Shown piece after piece: positions 61,910 to 64,000 of a DNA stretch of 64,000 nucleotides; the stretch's first letter is position 1; every line of letters starts with the position of its first letter. The notes beneath the pieces are model-generated. The model ran no database searches. It worked only from the letters and a program-made list of their open reading frames with translations, and was not told the DNA's origin. Origin of the DNA: Turneriella sp. (lineage in GTDB: Bacteria; Spirochaetota; Leptospiria; Turneriellales; Turneriellaceae); NCBI GenBank assembly GCA_965279515.1, contig CBDIID010000003.1, positions 576,001 through 640,000 of the forward strand. The letters run 5' to 3'. The position numbers were made by a program, and so were the translations under genes.

Positions 61910-62530
61910 CTATAGATTAAACTTTTTCATCAACTGAATGCGCGAATGTACGCCGAATTTCTTGTAGATATGCTTGATGTGCGTCCGCACGGTATCGAAC
62001 GTAATGCCGAGTTTGTGAGCCACCTGTGTCGCACTCGCCCCGGTCGATAGTTCTTCCAGTATGTCTCTTTCGCGGGGCGTCAATCCATCGAGCTCGGTAT
62101 TACGTACGGGCGCGCCTTGTTTCATCACGCGGAAAATTCGCAGGGCAATGACCGGCGATATGGAACCTTTGCCTTCCGCTACATCTTTGACAGCTTTGCC
62201 CAACTCGCCGACTTCAGATTTGGCAATATAGCCGACCGCCCCGGCGGAAAGCCCGTCGAGTATGCTGGATTCATCCGCCTGATTGGTCAAGATCATGCAA
62301 TTGAGGTCAGGTATTTGACCCATGATTTCATAGATGAGCTTTATGCCCTCGGGTTTCGGCAGATTCAAATCGACAATCAGGACATCGAGGTCCCGTACGA
62401 CACCCAGTTGCTGCCGCAGCTTCTCGGCGTCCTGCCACGTAAAGACTTCGCTGCCAGGCATTTGATCCTTTAAAATTTGCGTCACCTGCTTTAGAAATTT
62501 CCCGTCGTCATCAATTATTCCGATACGCAT
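61910..62530 (-). CDS. NarL/LuxR family response regulator
   Basis: IIDDD, DLNLP, GYIAK, LTPRE...TVRTHIKHIYKK. Confidence 0.92.
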   Translation of the reverse strand: MRIGIIDDDGKFLKQVTQILKDQMPGSEVFTWQDAEKLRQQLGVVRDLDVLIVDLNLPKPEGIKLIYEIMGQIPDLNCMILTNQADESSILDGLSAGAVGYIAKSEVGELGKAVKDVAEGKGSISPVIALRIFRVMKQGAPVRNTELDGLTPRERDILEELSTGASATQVAHKLGITFDTVRTHIKHIYKKFGVHSRIQLMKKFNL

Positions 62531-62614
62531 ACTTTTCCACAAACCTTGGCACACTTCGCAGATCTTCTCTAATCTGGCATGTCATTAATTACCACGTGGC
62601 AGGGGTTCTGTCCA

Positions 62615-62666
62615 TACCCCAGATGGGGGAGAAGTGGCGCCCAGTGGACCTCGCCCAATTGGGGGA
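62615..62666. promoter_or_regulatory. Two 16-bp pseudo-palindromic boxes (candidate response-regulator sites)
   Basis: TACCCCAGATGGGGGA at 62615 and TCGCCCAATTGGGGGA at 62651. Confidence 0.5.
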
Positions 62667-62737
62667 TTTACTTCGTTCTAAAATTAACTTAGGCATAGAC
62701 GGTGCAGTAAAATTTATGAACTATCAGGAGTCCGAGT

Positions 62738-64000
62738 ATGCAGAGAACACTCTTAATAATTTTGATCACTATTTTTCTTGTCACATGCGGAAAAACTGGC
62801 AACGAGAATACAGCAGCAGGTACAACGGGACCGGATACCACACCGCCAACGTTAGTCTCTTCAATCCCTGCGAACACCGCAACGGGCGTGGCTCCGTGCA
62901 GCGGCAACCCGTGCATCGGTAAAATTACACTCTCGTTCAGCGAGAGCATGGATACGACGTTTTCTCAGACTTTAACTACCGAGATAAGTAATAATAATGC
63001 CGGCACGACCTATGCAAGCGCACCGAACAATGGCACAACGTTTACCTGGAGTACGACCACATTTAGCAACGACACACTCACGATCAACATTAGCTGGCAC
63101 TGGTTTCCTGAGAATTCGAAAATCCGCTACACTGTCACGGCTGCGGGGATCAAAGATTTGGCAGGCAATGTGATTGGGGCTGATGTGCAGCGGACCTTCA
63201 CAACAACCGCACCACGACCAGGATTTGCCATCGCCGATACGGGCCAAACGCAATGCAGCTCGGGTGCTTCGGGCAACAACACCATGGCAGCCTGTCCGCA
63301 AACAATTACAGGCCAAGACGGAAATTCTGTCGATAAACCCGTGGCACGCAGCTTTACGGGCCCCACGCAGTATGGTGTCACGGGGAACTACACCACTACT
63401 GACAATGTTACCGGACTTGTTTGGGCTTCGTGCAGCGAAGGCCTTTCGGGCGCGACCTGCGCCACAGGCACGGCATCGACGCTGGTATGGACTAACGCAA
63501 TCAACCAATGCGCGGCGCTGAATGCAGCCAACTCCGGTGTCGGTTATGCAGGTAAGACAACATGGCGGCTACCGACTTCAATGGAGTTGGAGTCAATACC
63601 CAATTTGGGAACCTCGTCGCCCGCAATCGACGTGGCATTTTTTCCGGGGACAGTTTCCTCGACTTATTGGTCATCAAGCACCAATGTCGCCGCCGCGGCT
63701 GATGCCTGGCATATTAACATGAGCGACGGTCGCTCTTACATTGCAACGAGTAAAACAACGAGCAACCCGGTCCGTTGCGTTGCCGGTGCTTCGGCAGGTC
63801 CGGGCACAGTGCCTGCTTATACTGACAATGCCGATGGCACCGTGACCGATGCCCGGATAAGCCTGCGCTGGCAAAAGTGCAGTAACGGGCTCAGCGGGAT
63901 TTCTTGCGGTACTGGCACGGCGACGCAAAGCACTTGGGTGAATGCGATTGCCTATTGTCAGGGTCTAAGCCTCGCAAGCAAAACATGGAGACTTCCTTCA
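62738..64000 (+). CDS. Lipoprotein with Ig-like (Big_5) and tandem DUF1566/Lcl domains, runs off the right edge
   Basis: Absent from the ORF track; hand translation gives MQRTLLIILITIFLVTC lipobox, DTTPP, F.ESMD, KDLAGN, DTGQ, D.VTGLVW, WRLPT..EL, YWSSS, VRCV, and a second DN.DGTV.D...L.WQKC..WRLP. Confidence 0.88.
   Translation, partial: MQRTLLIILITIFLVTCGKTGNENTAAGTTGPDTTPPTLVSSIPANTATGVAPCSGNPCIGKITLSFSESMDTTFSQTLTTEISNNNAGTTYASAPNNGTTFTWSTTTFSNDTLTINISWHWFPENSKIRYTVTAAGIKDLAGNVIGADVQRTFTTTAPRPGFAIADTGQTQCSSGASGNNTMAACPQTITGQDGNSVDKPVARSFTGPTQYGVTGNYTTTDNVTGLVWASCSEGLSGATCATGTASTLVWTNAINQCAALNAANSGVGYAGKTTWRLPTSMELESIPNLGTSSPAIDVAFFPGTVSSTYWSSSTNVAAAADAWHINMSDGRSYIATSKTTSNPVRCVAGASAGPGTVPAYTDNADGTVTDARISLRWQKCSNGLSGISCGTGTATQSTWVNAIAYCQGLSLASKTWRLPS

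Noticed and set aside
62738..64000. DUF1566 gene as a diversity-generating retroelement target
   Set aside because: No reverse transcriptase or template repeat in the window; cannot be excluded beyond the right edge

Overview
Bacterial chromosomal DNA, by eye about 55% GC. The gene repertoire suggests a Leptospiraceae spirochaete, possibly Turneriella-like; this is inference from the 7TMR-DISM kinase, SpoIIE/STAS module, CheA-like membrane kinase and DUF1566 lipoprotein. Positions 1-56,000 hold housekeeping and accessory genes: nadE, tyrS, xseB, kdsD, argH, pyk, monomeric icd, cbpA/cbpM, transporters and a partner-switching operon. Unusual items there are three domain fusions (Fe-ADH+SCP2, TlpA+proline iminopeptidase, DedA/VTT+GNAT), a stand-alone TIR protein, a tandem lipoprotein pair with a beta-barrel, and a copper locus (CorE-like Cys-tailed ECF sigma, CopA, two paralogous secreted Cys/His mini-proteins with a shared ECF-type promoter). 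The most striking structure is at 56.25-58.6 kb. Four related sites share the layout polyA + hairpin + TGCGTCCC-N16/17-GAACC, which on the minus strand reads as a tRNA-3'-end-like sequence followed by a terminator. They delimit three 735-790 bp cassettes, each carrying one toxin-antitoxin-like pair. This looks like an integron-like array of recombinase-less mini-cassettes at the left edge of a more AT-rich island that runs off the window. All calls come from reading the sequence and the ORF track; no searches were run.
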